Below, piece after piece: positions 61,289-64,000 of a stretch of DNA of 64,000 nt. This DNA is from Guillardia theta CCMP2712 (Eukaryota > Protista > Cryptophyta): positions 124,001 to 188,000 of the forward strand of contig NW_005434672.1 of the NCBI RefSeq assembly GCF_000315625.1, in the 5' to 3' direction. The notes under the pieces are model-generated. The model did no database searches and was not told where the DNA came from. It saw nothing but the letters and a program-made list of their open reading frames with translations. The position numbers and the translations under genes were made by a program. Each line of letters opens with the position of its first letter. The first letter of the stretch is position 1.

Positions 61289-62799
61289 ATGTCGTCCCTC
61301 AACAAGAAGCAGCTCAAAGATGTTGACGTAAGCGGAAAGAGAGTCTTCATCCGTGTCGACTTCAACGTCCCCCAGGACAAGGCCGATCCTTCCAAGATCA
61401 CCAACAATGCCCGCATTGTTGGAGCCCTTCCGTCCATCAAGCACTGCTTGGAGAAGGGTGCGAAGTCCGTGGTCCTTGCCTCCCACTTGGGTCGCCCTGA
61501 TGGAGCTCGTATCGAGAAGTACTCCCTTGCCCCAGTAGCCAAGGAGCTTTCTAAGCTTCTTGACAAGGAGGTCAAGTTCCTTAATGACTGTGTCGGCGCG
61601 GAGGTCGAGGCTGCTTGCGCTGATCCAGCTCCTGGAAGTGTGATCCTGCTTGAGAATGTTCGCTTCCATGTTGAGGAAGAGGGCAAGGGAGAGGTCAATG
61701 GAGAGAAGATCAAGGCTGATCCTGCTAAGGTGAAGGATTTCCGCGCTTCCCTCCGAAAGCTTGCGGACGTTTACGTGTCCGATGCCTTCGGAACTGCACA
61801 CAGGGCCCACAGCTCCATGGTTGGCGAGGGTTATGATGTCAAATGCGCTGGCTTCTTGGTTGCTAAAGAGCTCGAGAACTTCAGCAAGGTGTTGGACAAT
61901 CCAACTAAACCTGTTCTTGCTATTCTTGGTGGTGCCAAGGTGTCGGACAAGATTCAACTTATCAAGAACATGATCCCTAAGGTCGACAAGATGATCATCG
62001 GAGGGGGAATGGCCTACACCTTTTTGAAGGTAGGGTAAATCCCTTCTGATTGATGCTTTTCTGACTTATGACTTCTCCAGGTTCTGGACAAGATGGAGAT
62101 CGGAACTTCCCTGTACGACGAGGAGGGAGCCAAGATTGTTCCAGAGGTATGCAATCCGATCGTGGTGTGTTTCGAGATGACAGAATTGGTAGATTATGTC
62201 CTTGGCCAAGGAGAAGAACGTTGAGATTGTGCTTCCTGTTGATTTTGTCGTCTCCTCGAAGTTTGGAGAGGACGGCGAAATTGGAACTGCCACCAAGGCG
62301 GAGGGCATCAAGGCCGGGTATGAGAGTGTTCATTCTTGTTGCTTTTCGCAGTTCCCTGACCTGGCTATATTGGCAGCTTTATGGGACTGGATTGCGGACC
62401 TGAATCCATCAAGAAGAACAGGGAGGCGATCATGAGCTCGAAGACCATCATCTGGAATGGACCTATGGGTGTTTTCGAGATGTCAAAGTTCGAGGGTGGA
62501 ACCAAGGCTATGATGGACGACATGGTAAGGGCCACATACTGTCACTCGAAGACTTTGAGAGCTGATTTCTCACTCCAGGTTGAGGCAACTAGCAAGGGTG
62601 TCTTGACGGTGATCGGAGGTGGAGACACCGCAACTTGCTGCGTGAAGTACAACACTGAAGACAAGGTCTCTTTCGTTTCCACTGGTGGTGGAGCATCTTT
62701 GGAGCTCTTGGAGGGCAAGGTAGACGATACCTGTGTTGATGGGTGTTTGTTCACTCTCTGCAGGTTCTTCCAGGTGTTTCCGCTCTCTCCGACGCCTAA
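61289..62799 (+). CDS. PGK: Phosphoglycerate kinase, cytosolic type, multi-exon
   Basis: [81 protein letters not shown]|VLPGV. Confidence 0.97.
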
Positions 62800-62949
62800 T
62801 TTCGCTGTACTGCCAAGTTGTAACTGTTGCTTAGTAAACCTCCTTGATCGATTTGGTGTCAAGCGTGAATGATTTCTGTTACTTATGTAATGTACAAGAA
62901 GAATGAGAACAGTAATTTAACTTCCTCGTTGCTTGCTGAAAACAACATG

Positions 62950-64000
62950 ATCCTACACTGCTGAGTAATCCGCAAAATAATATCAAGGCTTTGAATCATG
63001 TATTCACCAGTTTTTCAATCAACATACGGTCACCCCTGTCTTGCCTTTCTCGTCATCATGTTAGGCCTGTAGTGCCCATGCTTTCAAACTCAATTTTTCA
63101 CATCGTTTGTCACGGATTGATATCAACCAAAGTCACTTGAACTATCACACTTTCCCATAATGTGCCACCAGCTCGCGCTTTTCCTGCTGAAAGCTCACCT
63201 CATGATTGGGTCATTTGCGAACAAACCTGTTCACTTTCTCCTGTCGCAAGCTTGATTGACTCAGAACCCTTTGAAGGTTCATCTTTCGAGCAAAAAGATC
63301 GCTTGAGTCATCTGTTTATAGCAAGTCACTACTCCTGCTGCAGTCAAGGTCCATCATTACCTCGTTTTCCTCCCCAGTCATTTTGTCTCAGCATTCGTCT
63401 AATATCTCGAGCAAAGAGATGACCCACTTCTGCCTTTACAAACTGCATCTTTTCTGATATCGCAGTCTTGTTCCCAAGGAACTCGGCTGAAAGAGGTGCC
63501 CAAGACGAGCCGCTTGCAATGGGCTTCAAGGTGTCACACCTGATTTTGTATACCAAAGGGCAGCCAGACGGAACATCGAGATTTTCTTCCGCTCACATTC
63601 AGCTAGGGAGATGAGAAGAATCTTTACCTATGTCACTGTCAGATATGTCATCCAGAATCTTTGCAAGCAGTCTGACAATATTTCCTGATGACAAGGCAGT
63701 GAGATTTTGTCACTGCAAGCAAAGAAACCTACCGTGCGTGACAAGAAGAATCGATTTCCCTGCTCTAAGAAGCGGCTTGATTTCCTCTTCCCACGTTGGC
63801 AACACCTAGCCTTTCTAAAACAACAGAAGCGCGAGCATGTCATCCGTACCCTAAACATGGCTTCATGCAGACTTTCACCCAATGGCAGGTCGTTCTCATT
63901 GATATCGTGCATTTGCCAGTACCTGGATAGTTGCAGTCAACATCGAGTTTATTACATTTCATATGATGAAATCCTGCCCATTACACGAATCATGCATATC
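62950..64000 (-). CDS. 3' part of a hypothetical spliced gene running off the window
   Basis: Successive minus-strand ORF fragments with short introns; no family recognised. Confidence 0.35.

Overview
Eukaryotic nuclear DNA, gene-dense, with many short (~45-55 nt) GT-AG introns carrying CTGAC-type branch points and one gene with a bipartite signal peptide + AxA-F plastid-targeting presequence. This points to an alga with a complex red plastid, most plausibly a cryptophyte such as Guillardia theta (inference). About 22 genes: two paralogous double-basic-region bZIP factors, four intronless RWP-RK factors, a SHAQKYF Myb, a DnaQ-like + 4 qRRM splicing regulator with ESRP/Fusilli architecture (reconstructed across many introns), an H-Y-E PARP-type ADP-ribosyltransferase, a zf-CW/PPR-like protein, anoctamin, a MORN-PA-PX protein, TSR1, a twin-CX9C protein, a WD40 protein, a calmodulin-like protein, an ARM-RING E3 and cytosolic PGK. 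Most notable: (1) about ten GC-rich intergenic islands that do not align to each other but are built from one shared vocabulary of short, often palindromic words (TTCCGAAGTT, ACCGTAC, TCATGAT, TCGGATG, TGAGTCA). They sit mostly at divergent promoters and bracket TF genes, are paired with GGGGTA-rich modules, and carry a 45-bp AT-rich inverted-repeat motif. (2) The ESRP-like gene. (3) Domain-restricted gene conversion among the RWP-RK paralogues. Exon boundaries were read by eye and no database searches were run.
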